Positions 18,453 through 28,249 of a stretch of 64,000 bases of DNA are shown piece after piece. Both the position numbers and the translations under genes were made by a program. Position 1 is the stretch's first letter; the number at the start of each line of letters is the position of its first letter. The stretch comes from Bryobacterales bacterium. GTDB lineage: Bacteria > Acidobacteriota > Terriglobia > Bryobacterales > UBA6623. The notes below the pieces were generated by a model, which was not told where the DNA came from, made no database searches, and was given only the letters and a program-made list of their open reading frames with translations. The stretch lies in contig OY729427.2 of assembly GCA_963422375.2 (NCBI GenBank), positions 1,056,001 through 1,120,000 of the forward strand, written 5' to 3'.

Positions 18453-19925
18453 TCACAGGCCCAGCCCGCCCGTCGCCTCGGTCAGCAGCCCGACGATCGG
18501 ATCGTTGAAGATTCCGAGCAGCAGCCCGGCGGCGGCCAGCGCGGCCATGCTGGTCCGCAACTGCCACGGCGTAGCGGCCTCGCCGGCTCCGGCTTCGCGA
18601 ACGCCCTTCCGGAACAGGCTCTCGAACACGAGCGAGAAATACCGGAGAGTGACCAACGACGCCACAACGACCGCCGCCGCCGAGACGTAGTCACCGGACT
18701 CCAGCGTGGCCAGCAGGATACGCATCTTGGCGAAGAATCCGCCTGTCGGGGGCAGTCCCACCGCTCCGAGCGCAGCCACCACGAACGTAGCGACGGCCCA
18801 AGGGTTCCGCACGGGGGAGCCCGCGACATCGTCGAGCGAGCGGACGCCGTAGCGGTAGGCCAGGAATCCGGCCAGGACGAATAGCGTGCATTGCAGCACG
18901 GCGTCGTTGAGCAGGTAAAAGAGGGCCCCGGTCAGGCCGGTCTGGCTGCCCTGCCCCGCCGCGACCAGCACCAGCCCCGCATGCGAGATCCCGCCGAATG
19001 CGAACATGCGCGTCAGGTTCCTCTGCTTCATGGCGAGGCAGGCCGCCCCCACGGACGACAGGATGCCCAGAACGGAGAGAATCCCTAACACGTACGTCGA
19101 TCCGACCGCCTGGCCCGGCTGCAGGACCCAGAAAAGGATGCGCAGCCAGACCAGCATCACCACCTTGGTCACCAGCCCGCCCAGGAGCGGAAGCGCAGTC
19201 CGCGGCGCGTCGGCGTAGGCGTCCGGGAGCCAGCCGTGCATCGGCATGACCGCCATCTTGACCGCGAGCCCGATGAAGATGAAGATCAGGCCGCCCATGA
19301 CTGCCTTGGACGCAAGCGGATCGGGCAGCAGCTGGGCCAGGTCTCGTATGTTGAGCGTCCCCGTCGCCGCGTAGAAATAGGCCACGCCGAGCAGGTAGAG
19401 CGCGGTTCCGGCGCTTCCCATGATCAGATAGCGGAACGCCGACACCAAGGCCCGCCCGCCCGGCACCGCGACGAGCGCGTAGGCCGCCAGCGAGACCACT
19501 TCGAGGAACACGAAAATGTTGAAGACGTCGCCCGCGTACACCGCGCCGGCAAGGCCTGCCATCAGCAGCAGCACCATCGCGTGGTAGGGAACCGTGCGGC
19601 CGGCAATCAAGCGGCCGCTGACCGGGCCCGCGTACAGCAGGCTGATCGCGCTCACCGCACTCACGGCCGCGGCCATGACCGCGGCCGGAGCGTCCACGAT
19701 CCATTCGACTCCGAGCGGCGCCGCCCAGCCGCTCCAAGGGTAGTACCTGGCGCCGGCACCCACGCACACGCTCCACAGGCTCCACGCGGCCAGCAGCGCC
19801 ATGCATGTCGCTGCCAGGAGAGCGAGGGGCCGGCACGCGCTCTTGCTGCGATGGCCCACCAGCGGCATGCAGATTGCCGCCGAAAGGGGCGCGAGGAGCA
19901 CAAGTGCTGGAAGGTGGTCTGTCAT
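18453..19925 (-). CDS. mrpD: MrpD/MnhD-like proton-conducting antiporter subunit
   Basis: GWAAPLGVE..VD, GDVFNIFVFLEV, ATGTLNI, KMAVMPMHGWLPDAY and GLPPTGGFFAK. Confidence 0.85.
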   Translation of the reverse strand: MTDHLPALVLLAPLSAAICMPLVGHRSKSACRPLALLAATCMALLAAWSLWSVCVGAGARYYPWSGWAAPLGVEWIVDAPAAVMAAAVSAVSAISLLYAGPVSGRLIAGRTVPYHAMVLLLMAGLAGAVYAGDVFNIFVFLEVVSLAAYALVAVPGGRALVSAFRYLIMGSAGTALYLLGVAYFYAATGTLNIRDLAQLLPDPLASKAVMGGLIFIFIGLAVKMAVMPMHGWLPDAYADAPRTALPLLGGLVTKVVMLVWLRILFWVLQPGQAVGSTYVLGILSVLGILSSVGAACLAMKQRNLTRMFAFGGISHAGLVLVAAGQGSQTGLTGALFYLLNDAVLQCTLFVLAGFLAYRYGVRSLDDVAGSPVRNPWAVATFVVAALGAVGLPPTGGFFAKMRILLATLESGDYVSAAAVVVASLVTLRYFSLVFESLFRKGVREAGAGEAATPWQLRTSMAALAAAGLLLGIFNDPIVGLLTEATGGLGL

Positions 19926-20299
19926 CCGATCTTCGCGAGGATCTCGTCCTCGTCCAAGCTCCCGAACTCGCGGTAGATCCGGCTGACCAAGCCGAGCGAG
20001 ACACCGAGCGTGGCAATCTGCACCACGATCGCCGTTAGGGTCAGCACTTGCGGAAGGGGATTGACGTACTCAGCCGCCGCGACGGCGCCCGTCACTTCCC
20101 GGATCACAGCGACGGTCGCGCCTTCCTTCGCGCCCAGCGTGACGAAGAAGAAGATGACGCTCGTCTGGACGAGATAGAGCCCGATTAGCTTCTTCACCAA
20201 GTTGTGATGGGTAATGGTGATGTAGAGGCCCCACACCAACAGGAGCACGGCCACGACGACGTTCGGCCGCTCGACGGCGAGTTCAAGCATCTCAACCAT
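19922..20299 (-). CDS. mrpC: MrpC/MnhC subunit
   Basis: NLVKKLIGL...NPLPQVLTLTAIVV signature; start MVEML at 20299. Confidence 0.9.
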   Translation of the reverse strand: MVEMLELAVERPNVVVAVLLLVWGLYITITHHNLVKKLIGLYLVQTSVIFFFVTLGAKEGATVAVIREVTGAVAAAEYVNPLPQVLTLTAIVVQIATLGVSLGLVSRIYREFGSLDEDEILAKIG

Positions 20300-20744
20300 C
20301 GGAACCACCCCGGGCGCCGCTTCGCGAGAGACTGAACACGATCGACACCGCCGCCACCGCGACATCGGCGGCGACGCCGACCTGGGTGAGCAGGATTCCC
20401 AGGTATCGCCGGTAGGGGGGCGGGACGCCGGGGACGGGTGCGTCCGAGTAATTCAGGAACTCCCCGCCGCCGATCATGCAAGCTCCCCCGATTGCAACGT
20501 ACAGAATCAGCCCTGTGCCGTCACCCGCGAGGACGCTGCTGGCCCGCTGCCCGGAGACACCCTCCCTGCCGAACACGATCAGCCCCACAACGATGCTGGC
20601 AGCCACCATCACCCCGGCCACGAACCCCCCGCCGGGGCCGTACTGCCCGAAGAAAAGCACGTACAGCGCGAAGATTTGCACCAGCGGGATCAGCATCGAG
20701 CAGGTGCGCGTCACGATGACGCTTCCGAACGGGGAGCGGATCAT
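20292..20744 (-). CDS. mrpB: MrpB/MnhB subunit
   Basis: YVLFFGQYGPGGGFVAGV signature; ATG at 20744 overlaps the upstream stop. Confidence 0.88.
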   Translation of the reverse strand: MIRSPFGSVIVTRTCSMLIPLVQIFALYVLFFGQYGPGGGFVAGVMVAASIVVGLIVFGREGVSGQRASSVLAGDGTGLILYVAIGGACMIGGGEFLNYSDAPVPGVPPPYRRYLGILLTQVGVAADVAVAAVSIVFSLSRSGARGGSDG

Positions 20745-21271
20745 TCGGCGTCCCTCCGGAGAAGCAGCCAGCACGCGACGCCGGACGTGAAGACGACCAC
20801 CGTCTCGATGAGCGTGTCGATGCTGCGGTAGTCCATGAGAACCGCGGCAACCGCGTTGGGGCTCTTGGTCTCGGCGAGGCTGTTCTCCAGATACTCGGGC
20901 GAGACGTGGGCGTTGGCGGGTGAGAGGGGGTCACCGAAGCTCGGAATGTCACGCGCCGCGTACAGGAGCAAGAAGGCCAGCAGAGGCAGGGCCACCAGCG
21001 CGACCAGCGGGGGGCGCGGCCGCTTGATGCGCGTGTCCTCCGGCGCGGTCCGGAAGAGCGTCAGCAGGAACAACACAGTCGCCAGCCCGGCTCCGACCAC
21101 CGCTTCGACGAAGGCCACGTCCGCAGAGCCGAGCCACGCCCAAACCAGCGCCATGAAGAAGCTGTACGAGCCGAGCAGCAGCACGGCGCTGATCAGATCC
21201 TTGACGAGGATCGCCGCTCCGGCCGTCAGCACCAGCAGCGCGAGCAGCGGCAGCTCGAACGAGATATTCAC
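20741..21271 (-). CDS. DUF4040 / MrpA C-terminal (MbhD-MbhE-like) subunit
   Basis: ADVAFVEAVVGAG and PNAVAAVLMDYRSIDTLIE motifs, which correspond to the MrpA C-terminal segment encoded as a stand-alone gene. Confidence 0.88.
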   Translation of the reverse strand: MNISFELPLLALLVLTAGAAILVKDLISAVLLLGSYSFFMALVWAWLGSADVAFVEAVVGAGLATVLFLLTLFRTAPEDTRIKRPRPPLVALVALPLLAFLLLYAARDIPSFGDPLSPANAHVSPEYLENSLAETKSPNAVAAVLMDYRSIDTLIETVVVFTSGVACWLLLRRDAE

Positions 21272-21567
21272 CGGCAGTCCTCCCCCACCGGCCTCTGGCC
21301 GGAACGCAGCGCCGCACGCACGCTCGCGTGAGAGATGACGGGATTGATCAAGTACAGCAGGGCCATGACGACCAAGATGCGCAGGGTGTTAGTGGTGAAG
21401 CCGTGATACACCGCCAAGCCCCCGAGGAGGAAGAATGCCCCCAAGGAGTCTGTCAAGGCGACCGCATGCGACCGCGTGTAGACATCGGGCAGGCGCCACA
21501 TGCCGACTGCGGCCACCACGAGGAAGAAGAGGCCCGTTGCGATCAGCAGGGCCGCCAGCGCGTACAC
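21268..21567 (-). CDS. mrpG: MrpG/MnhG subunit
   Basis: GMWRLPDVYTRSHA...DSLG...NPVISHA signature. Confidence 0.92.
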   Translation of the reverse strand: MYALAALLIATGLFFLVVAAVGMWRLPDVYTRSHAVALTDSLGAFFLLGGLAVYHGFTTNTLRILVVMALLYLINPVISHASVRAALRSGQRPVGEDCR

Positions 21568-21568
21568 C

Positions 21569-21832
21569 TTAGGTATTCCTCCCCCGCTCCAGATACTTGG
21601 CGATGGCCAGGGCGCCCACCAGGTTGAGCAGCGCGTAACCCGTCGAAATGTCGACGAACATGTCCACCCTCTCGTAGACCGTGCCGATCACGACCAGCAG
21701 CACGATCGCCTTCGTGGAAATCCCGTTCAGGCCGAGCACGCGGTCGAAAAGCGTGGGCCCGCGCACGACCCGGTACAGGTACATCCCGATCAGCACCGCG
21801 ATCAGGTTCATGACGAGCAGCAGGAGGCTCAT
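21569..21832 (-). CDS. mrpF: MrpF/MnhF subunit
   Basis: YRVVRGPTLFDRVL...VDISTGYALLNLVGALAIAKYL; start MSLLLL at 21832. Confidence 0.92.
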   Translation of the reverse strand: MSLLLLVMNLIAVLIGMYLYRVVRGPTLFDRVLGLNGISTKAIVLLVVIGTVYERVDMFVDISTGYALLNLVGALAIAKYLERGRNT

Positions 21833-22323
21833 GCGCCCTCCTCCGACGGGCCGAATACCTGGCCGACCTTGGCTTCCAGCCGCCCGGTCTTGACATCCCG
21901 CGCCGACTCCGAGTCGATCGCGTGAACAATCAGCTCGTCGTTGGCCGCCTCCACGGTCAGGGTGCCGGGAGTCAGCGTGATCGAGTTGCCGATCAGCATC
22001 ATGGCGCTGTCGTGGCCGAGGTCCGTCCGGTGGCGAAAGAGCTGCGGCTTGATCGGAAGGCGGGGATGCAGAATCAGGTACGAAACGTGGAGGCCGCTCA
22101 GCAGGATGCGACCGAATAACCAAGGGAAGTACCACAGCGCCTTCCACCAACGCACGGCATGCGCTCTCGGCCCGAACTGGTAGGCGTTCACCGAGGAGAC
22201 TGCGAGCGACGCCAGCAGGCCAACCGCCATGTGCAGGGGGTTGAAGCTCTCCGACAGGAGCAGCCAAATGACGAACAGGACGGCTGTCCAGAATGCGTGG
22301 CGTCTGGAGAATCGCATGCGCAT
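21829..22323 (-). CDS. mrpE: MrpE/MnhE subunit
   Basis: WLLLS...NSITLTPGTLTV...VHAID signature; start at ATG 22323 or 22317. Confidence 0.92.
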   Translation of the reverse strand: MRMRFSRRHAFWTAVLFVIWLLLSESFNPLHMAVGLLASLAVSSVNAYQFGPRAHAVRWWKALWYFPWLFGRILLSGLHVSYLILHPRLPIKPQLFRHRTDLGHDSAMMLIGNSITLTPGTLTVEAANDELIVHAIDSESARDVKTGRLEAKVGQVFGPSEEGA

Positions 22324-22327
22324 CGGC

Positions 22328-25087
22328 CTACTCGGGGCGAACGGGCGCTTCGCGGCTCCACGCGCCGTCCGCACCGTAGCGAAAGAACTCGTTCCGCGCG
22401 GCGTCCAGCGCCACTAGGTGGACCCACTGATTGTGGAACAGCGCCTGCAGGATCGCGTGCTTCCCGATGATCCCGGAAATCCGCTCCCTAGGCGCCTCGA
22501 TGAGCGCCAGAAGCCTCATCGGCTCGTGATAGCGGCGCGCGCCGTCGGCCACGCCCTGCAGAGGCAGGCCGCCCTGCAGGTCCCCCTGGCTGCCTAGCAT
22601 CACACCGACACCGCCCGCGACGTTATGGATGACCTTGCTCCCGCTCCCGTACACCCAAGGATCCACGGAAGAGAAATAGTATTCCATGTTGATCCATTCG
22701 CCCACGATCAGCGGGGCCGTCATGATGCGCTCCAAGATTCCGCCGTCGCCGTCCGACGCCGGATCGTAGGAGTGGAGGAACACCCTGGACTCGAGGTCCA
22801 AGGCCTTGGTGAGCGCCCTGCGGCCGATCAGGAACGCGGCGTTGCTCGAGAGGCCCCATTCCGGGCGCGGGTTGGCCCAGTCGACGCTGCGACCGACGGC
22901 GTGCGCGGCCGCCCGGACGGGCGCAGCCCCGACCGGGGCTCCCGGCAGGCGCCCGAGACGCTCTCCGGCCTGGCAGGCGCCGGCGGCGATCAGATCGCGG
23001 TCCAAGCTGCGCAGGTCCTCGGCGTGGGTTGGCGGGACGTCGACGAGGTCGTAGAAATGCACGCGATCCGTCGTGGTGTCGTGCTTGGCCGCCACGAACC
23101 AAGTGTCGTCCGGAATGGCGAGGCCGCTCTCCGCCAGTGCGCCGCGCACGGCCGGCTCGTTCGCCATGGCGGCGAAGGCCCGGGCGTTCGGATCCCCGTG
23201 CGCCCCGCCGCAGGCGCCGCAGTTGTAGGCCGCGGCGTACGGATTGTTGTCCGACAGCGCACCGTGGCCGCACACGACCACCAGCCTGCCCAGGTTCTCG
23301 GCGAGCCCGATCATGCGGAGTCCGTTGCCGACGAAGGCCGCCCGCTCGGACAGCGTGAAGCCCCGGTCCGACTCGGCCTCGCTCTCGTCCCGCTCGACCG
23401 GCAGGCGGGTCGCGACCTCGCTGCGGAAGCGCCGCCGGATCCAAGCGCGCAGACCCGCGTACGGCCGCCACGCCAAGGTCTTCCCGGCGAGGCCGACGCT
23501 GAACAGCAGGCCGACCGTGTCCACGAGCATGTAGCCCGCGAGCGGGTTCTGCTTCAGGTCATGGAGGAGATCGTCGCCCAGCCGCCGCCAGCGCGTGCCG
23601 GAGGCGTATCGCTGCAACGGCGCAGCCTCGCCCTCGCGCGGCCGCTCGTCGACCTCGCGGGCCGGCTTCAGCAGGACCGGGCACAGCGCTAGACGGTCGT
23701 GGCTGTCGAATGCCTGGTGGCTGATCGGCACGCCGAAGAACCCGGCGTAGCCGAAGGTCTCGTAGGCCCCCTGCGCCTCGACGTGGCGCCGGAAGGGCTC
23801 GGAGCGGGCGTCGATGCAGAAGATCAGCTGGGCGCGCGGCCTCGAGCCGACCGCGGCCTCTTCCCGCGGGCGGGCGGCCAGACGGCCCAGGATGCGCTCG
23901 GCGTAGGACGCCTCGTACGCTTCCAGCCACAGCCGCCCGTGCGAGTCTGCAGGGAAGGCATCCAGCCAGCCCAGCAGCGCACGGGCTCCGTCCGGGGAGA
24001 GTGCGGCGACCTCCCGCGCCGTCAGCCCGAGGCACGCGGCAAGCAGGTACAGCCGACCCGCTTCCGAGGCGCCGCCGCCGCCGGTCCGACCGCTCGCGCA
24101 CGCGGCGATCTCGGGCAGGGTCCCGGGCACGCCCAGCTCGCGACGGCTCGCCGCCTCGACCAGCTCCGCCTCGTAGAAGAGCCGCACGGCGAGGTATTCC
24201 GTCAAGTCGACGGGATACTCCCTCTGGCCGGGGTAGGCGGGATTCTCGCTGCGCCAGCGCACGAACCCGGCCCAGCCAGGCAGTTGCGCCAGCGTGCGGG
24301 ACAGGTAGTCGGCCCGGCGCTCCTCCGGGATTTCCAGCCGCTCCAAGGCGGCGGCAACCGCCTCCTCGGGCGTCTCCGGAAGCGCGCGGATCTTGGCGCG
24401 CAGGGCGCGGATACCGAGCAACCGCCCGCCAAGGTCGCGCTGGCCCAGACGCTTCCAGCTGCCGTAGAAACCCTCGCCCCGCGAGGGCATGCCCCATCCG
24501 GCGATGCCCTCGTCCAGGAAGGCCGACACCCACTTGATCACCTGCTGGTCAATCGCTTCGACGACCGACGCCCCGCACAGCTCGTCGAGCCAATCGCTTA
24601 GCGTCCGCCAGCGCGGCAGTTCCGCCTCGCCGGGGCGGTCGCCGTCCGGCGCGCCGCAGGCCTCGGACGCGGCGCCTAGGAGATCCAGCTGGCCCCCCGC
24701 CCTAGCCTGCCAGCGGACGACCTCCGGATCGGGGCTCTCCACGCCTTCGACGAGGTGAGCCCAGAGCACCTCGGACGGCTCAATCGCGCGGCCCCCGGCC
24801 TGCACCGGGGCGGAGGCGAAAGACGGGCCCGAGCGGTCGAGCGCCTCGCGCAGATGGCGGTCGAGAATCCTGCCCGACCGGCGCAGGTCGCGATACTCGC
24901 CGTTGGAGAGGTAGCCCGCCCCGCCGGTCACGCGGCCCGCTTCCCGCACCGCGCGGTCGAAGGGCAGATCCTCGTAGAAGCGGACGGGGCTGCGATACGC
25001 AAACGTTCTCAAGGGCCAGATCGGCGAGACCGGACGGGCCGCCTCCGCGATCTGCAGCCGCAGGGTGTCGCGATACGCAGGATCCAT
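22328..25087 (-). CDS. dabA: DUF2309 protein, DabA/MpsB-like inorganic carbon transporter cytoplasmic subunit
   Basis: PIWPL..F, LPGWAG, FCIDARSE, ETFGYAGFFG, VCGHG, NCGACGG, HDTTTD, RPEWGL, FLHSYD, WINMEYYFS, SKVIHNV and HEPMRL. The Cys/Asp/His/Cys Zn-ligand set is intact. Confidence 0.95.
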   Translation of the reverse strand: MDPAYRDTLRLQIAEAARPVSPIWPLRTFAYRSPVRFYEDLPFDRAVREAGRVTGGAGYLSNGEYRDLRRSGRILDRHLREALDRSGPSFASAPVQAGGRAIEPSEVLWAHLVEGVESPDPEVVRWQARAGGQLDLLGAASEACGAPDGDRPGEAELPRWRTLSDWLDELCGASVVEAIDQQVIKWVSAFLDEGIAGWGMPSRGEGFYGSWKRLGQRDLGGRLLGIRALRAKIRALPETPEEAVAAALERLEIPEERRADYLSRTLAQLPGWAGFVRWRSENPAYPGQREYPVDLTEYLAVRLFYEAELVEAASRRELGVPGTLPEIAACASGRTGGGGASEAGRLYLLAACLGLTAREVAALSPDGARALLGWLDAFPADSHGRLWLEAYEASYAERILGRLAARPREEAAVGSRPRAQLIFCIDARSEPFRRHVEAQGAYETFGYAGFFGVPISHQAFDSHDRLALCPVLLKPAREVDERPREGEAAPLQRYASGTRWRRLGDDLLHDLKQNPLAGYMLVDTVGLLFSVGLAGKTLAWRPYAGLRAWIRRRFRSEVATRLPVERDESEAESDRGFTLSERAAFVGNGLRMIGLAENLGRLVVVCGHGALSDNNPYAAAYNCGACGGAHGDPNARAFAAMANEPAVRGALAESGLAIPDDTWFVAAKHDTTTDRVHFYDLVDVPPTHAEDLRSLDRDLIAAGACQAGERLGRLPGAPVGAAPVRAAAHAVGRSVDWANPRPEWGLSSNAAFLIGRRALTKALDLESRVFLHSYDPASDGDGGILERIMTAPLIVGEWINMEYYFSSVDPWVYGSGSKVIHNVAGGVGVMLGSQGDLQGGLPLQGVADGARRYHEPMRLLALIEAPRERISGIIGKHAILQALFHNQWVHLVALDAARNEFFRYGADGAWSREAPVRPE

Positions 25088-25105
25088 GGTCTTCGATTCC
25101 GAGCC

Positions 25106-26686
25106 CTACCCGCGCCTGCGGACGCGGGCCGCTGCCGGATCCTCCGACAGCGGCCTGTGGCTGTCGAGGCCTCGAATCTCGAGGCTGGCGCCAGCCTCCT
25201 CGAATTCCATCCTAGTCTCCGCCAAGCGGGCCATCACCGTGTGGTCGACGAGCGCGGTGCCGGACAGGTCGACCGTGACGGGCGTCTCGCCCTTGAAGCG
25301 CTCGATCCGCCTCTTGAGAGCGATCCATGTGCTGAAGACCGCCGCGCCGCTGACCGAGACCGTGGCGCCGCGCTGATCCCTGGCGATCCCGGCGCGCAGG
25401 CGCAAGAGCGATCCCACGGGGGCGCCGTTCACGACGTGGACCAGCAGCTTGACGACAATCCCGATCGCGATGCCCATCAGCAGGTCCGTGGCGAGCACCC
25501 CGACGATGGTCGAGACGAACACCACCAGCTGCTCGCGACCGACGCGATACATGTGGACGAATTCCCGCGGCGACGCGAGGCGGTAGCCCGTGTACACCAG
25601 CATCGCGCCGAGCGCGGCAAGCGGGATGTGATTGATGAGGGCCGGCGCGAGCGCCACGAAGGCCAGCAGGAACAGGCCATGGAACATGTTCGCGAAGCGC
25701 GTCTTCGCGCCGTTGTCGATGTTCGCCTTGCTGCGGACGATCTCCGAGATCATCGGCAGTCCGCCGACGAAGGCGGCCAGGGTATTGCCCACGCCGATCG
25801 CGAGCAGGTCGCGATCGTGATTGGTCTTCCTGCGGTGGGGGTCGATCTCGTCGACCGCCTTGGCGCTGAGGAGGGACTCCAAGCTGCCGATAAGGGCGAA
25901 GAGCGTGATGTACTTCGCGCCGGTCGCGGTCAGCACTCCCGAGAAGTCGGGGAACGTCAGGGCGCCAAACATGTTCAGCGGCACGGACACGAGGAACTCC
26001 GGGCCCAGACCGTAGTGCAGGCCGAGCGGCACCGTGATCAGCAGGACCACCAGCGGGGCCGGAATCGACCGCAGCCCGGGAACCTTCAGCAGGGGGTAGC
26101 AAAACATCACGGCCAGGCTCGCGAGGCCGATCACCGCCACTTGCGGATGCAGGTCCGTCACGTAGCTGGGAATCCTGGCCAGCAGCTCGAGCGGCGTGCC
26201 CTCCGACCCGAGACCCAGCGTCACCGGCAGCTGCTTGGCGAAGATGATCACGCCGATGGAGGCTAGGAGGCCATGCACCGCCGCGCTCGGGAAGAACTCG
26301 CCCAAGATCCCGGCGCGGAAGACTCCGAATAAGATCTGGATCGCGCCTGCGACCACTCCCACGCCCAGCGCCAGCCGGTAGGCCTCGATATCGGCCGCGG
26401 GATCCCGGCCCGAGGTGAACCCGAAGTCCGTCACGCAGCCGATCGCAATGACGATGAGCCCGGCGGCGGGCCCTTTGATGGTCAATTCCGAATTGCTCAG
26501 GAACGCGGAAAGCACGCCGCCGATAATCGCCGTGAAGATGCCGGCGATGGCCGGATAGCCGCAGGCTAGGGAGATGCCCAAGCACAGCGGCAGGGCGATC
26601 AGGAAGACGAGAAAGCCGGACAGCAGATCCGGCATCCAGTAGCGGCGAAGCCCGGCAGCGTTGCCGATCGGAAAATCCTCTTGCAT
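25106..26686 (-). CDS. SulP family anion transporter (TIKGPAAGL type, short STAS-like tail)
   Basis: DLLSGFLVFLIALPLCLGISLACG, TIKGPAAGL, SLESLLSAKAVD and GGLPMISEIVRSKANI; strong GGAGG RBS. Confidence 0.93.
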   Translation of the reverse strand: MQEDFPIGNAAGLRRYWMPDLLSGFLVFLIALPLCLGISLACGYPAIAGIFTAIIGGVLSAFLSNSELTIKGPAAGLIVIAIGCVTDFGFTSGRDPAADIEAYRLALGVGVVAGAIQILFGVFRAGILGEFFPSAAVHGLLASIGVIIFAKQLPVTLGLGSEGTPLELLARIPSYVTDLHPQVAVIGLASLAVMFCYPLLKVPGLRSIPAPLVVLLITVPLGLHYGLGPEFLVSVPLNMFGALTFPDFSGVLTATGAKYITLFALIGSLESLLSAKAVDEIDPHRRKTNHDRDLLAIGVGNTLAAFVGGLPMISEIVRSKANIDNGAKTRFANMFHGLFLLAFVALAPALINHIPLAALGAMLVYTGYRLASPREFVHMYRVGREQLVVFVSTIVGVLATDLLMGIAIGIVVKLLVHVVNGAPVGSLLRLRAGIARDQRGATVSVSGAAVFSTWIALKRRIERFKGETPVTVDLSGTALVDHTVMARLAETRMEFEEAGASLEIRGLDSHRPLSEDPAAARVRRRG

Positions 26687-26767
26687 CGATTGGTCCTCCT
26701 TGTCAGGGAAACTTGATTGGTCGGGCGATTCTCCCCATCGTTCAATTCACCCGTCGCGACCGGAAGG

Positions 26768-28249
26768 CTATCGCAGCGCAGTCAGCACGGATTCGCCCGC
26801 CAAGTCGAGGAAGCCCTGCGGCATCAGGCCGATCAGGACCGTGAAGGCGCCGCAGCCGACCAGAGCCGCCCTCGTCCCGAGATTCATGTCAAGCAGCGCG
26901 GGCTTCTCGCTGCCGTCCGTCAGCCAGCAGGCCCGGATCACGCGGAAATAGTAATACGCAGCCACCGCCACGTAAAGCGCCGCGAAGACCGCCAGCAGGT
27001 AGTAGCCCTCGCGCAGCAGCGCCAGGAAGATGTACCACTTGCCGTAGAAGCCCGCCATCGGCGGGATGCCGGCCAGCGACAGCATGAAGACCGCCATGAG
27101 GATGGTGTAGCCCGGCGCCCGCGCGAACAGCCCGTTCAGGTCGTCCAGCTCTTCGGCGGCCTCGCCGTCCCTGCGCAGAGCCCCGACCAAGGCGAACGCG
27201 CCGAAGTTCATGAACACGTAGGCCAGGATATAGACGGCGATGCCGCGCAGGCCGGATTCGTTGGCGGCCACCAGCCCCAGCAGGATGTAGCCCGCGTGCG
27301 CGACCGAGCTGTACGCCAGGAGGCGCTTGAGGTTCGACTGGGTCACGGCCGCCAGGTTGCCGACCGTCATGGTCACGAGCGCGATCATACCCAGCAGCGG
27401 CATCCACGCTGCGGACTCGCTGCCGTAGGCCGAGAGGAACAGACGGATCATCAGCGCGAACGAGGCGGCCTTGGAGGCCACCGAGACGTAGGCCGTGGTC
27501 GGGGTGGGGGCGCCCTCGTACACGTCCGGCGCCCACATGTGGAACGGCACGGCCGAGATCTTGAAAAACAGGCCGACCGAGGTCGTGACCAGCGCGAGCA
27601 CGGCCGCCCAGTCGCCCTCGGGCCGGGCCGCGACCGCCTTCCCGATCGCCTCGAGATTGGTCGAGCCGGCAATGCCGTACAGGATGGAGAATCCGTAGAC
27701 GAGCAGGCCGCTGGAGAACGCGCCCAGGATCAGGTACTTCAGCGCCGCCTCGTTCGACTTCTTCGAGGATCGCAGGAAGCCCACCAGCACGTAGAAGCTG
27801 AGGGCCATCGTCTCCAGGGACACGAAGAGCACTACCAAGTCGCGGCCCGTGGCCATCAGCGACATGCCCGCCTGCGCGAACAGCAGCAGGGCGTAGTACT
27901 CGCCCCGGTGCTCGCCCTCCGCCTCCATGTAGCGCACCGACATGGCCACCGCGAGAACGGCCGACAGCGCGAAGACGATGTTGAAAAAGACGCCGAAGCC
28001 GTCAATCACCACCGAGCCGCCGAGCCCCGCGAAGGCGCCGGAGGAGCGCACGTCGCCCAGGTGCTGCCATACGACCACCGCCACGACGGCCTCGCCCGCG
28101 AGGGCGGTCACGGCGTTCAGCCAGCGCCGGCCCGTGCGACGCACCAGGAACGCGTCAGTCAGCAGGATGCCGCAGCCGAACAGGCACAGCACCACGGCCG
28201 GCTTGAGGACGTGGAGGTCGTCGAGCGTGAAGGTGAGCGCGTCCATCAT
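26768..28249 (-). CDS. nuoN: NADH-quinone oxidoreductase subunit N
   Basis: EAALKYLILGAFSS, FKISAVPFHMWAPDVYEGAPTP, KRLLAYSSVAHAGY and SLAGIPPMAGFYGK. Confidence 0.96.
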   Translation of the reverse strand: MMDALTFTLDDLHVLKPAVVLCLFGCGILLTDAFLVRRTGRRWLNAVTALAGEAVVAVVVWQHLGDVRSSGAFAGLGGSVVIDGFGVFFNIVFALSAVLAVAMSVRYMEAEGEHRGEYYALLLFAQAGMSLMATGRDLVVLFVSLETMALSFYVLVGFLRSSKKSNEAALKYLILGAFSSGLLVYGFSILYGIAGSTNLEAIGKAVAARPEGDWAAVLALVTTSVGLFFKISAVPFHMWAPDVYEGAPTPTTAYVSVASKAASFALMIRLFLSAYGSESAAWMPLLGMIALVTMTVGNLAAVTQSNLKRLLAYSSVAHAGYILLGLVAANESGLRGIAVYILAYVFMNFGAFALVGALRRDGEAAEELDDLNGLFARAPGYTILMAVFMLSLAGIPPMAGFYGKWYIFLALLREGYYLLAVFAALYVAVAAYYYFRVIRACWLTDGSEKPALLDMNLGTRAALVGCGAFTVLIGLMPQGFLDLAGESVLTALR

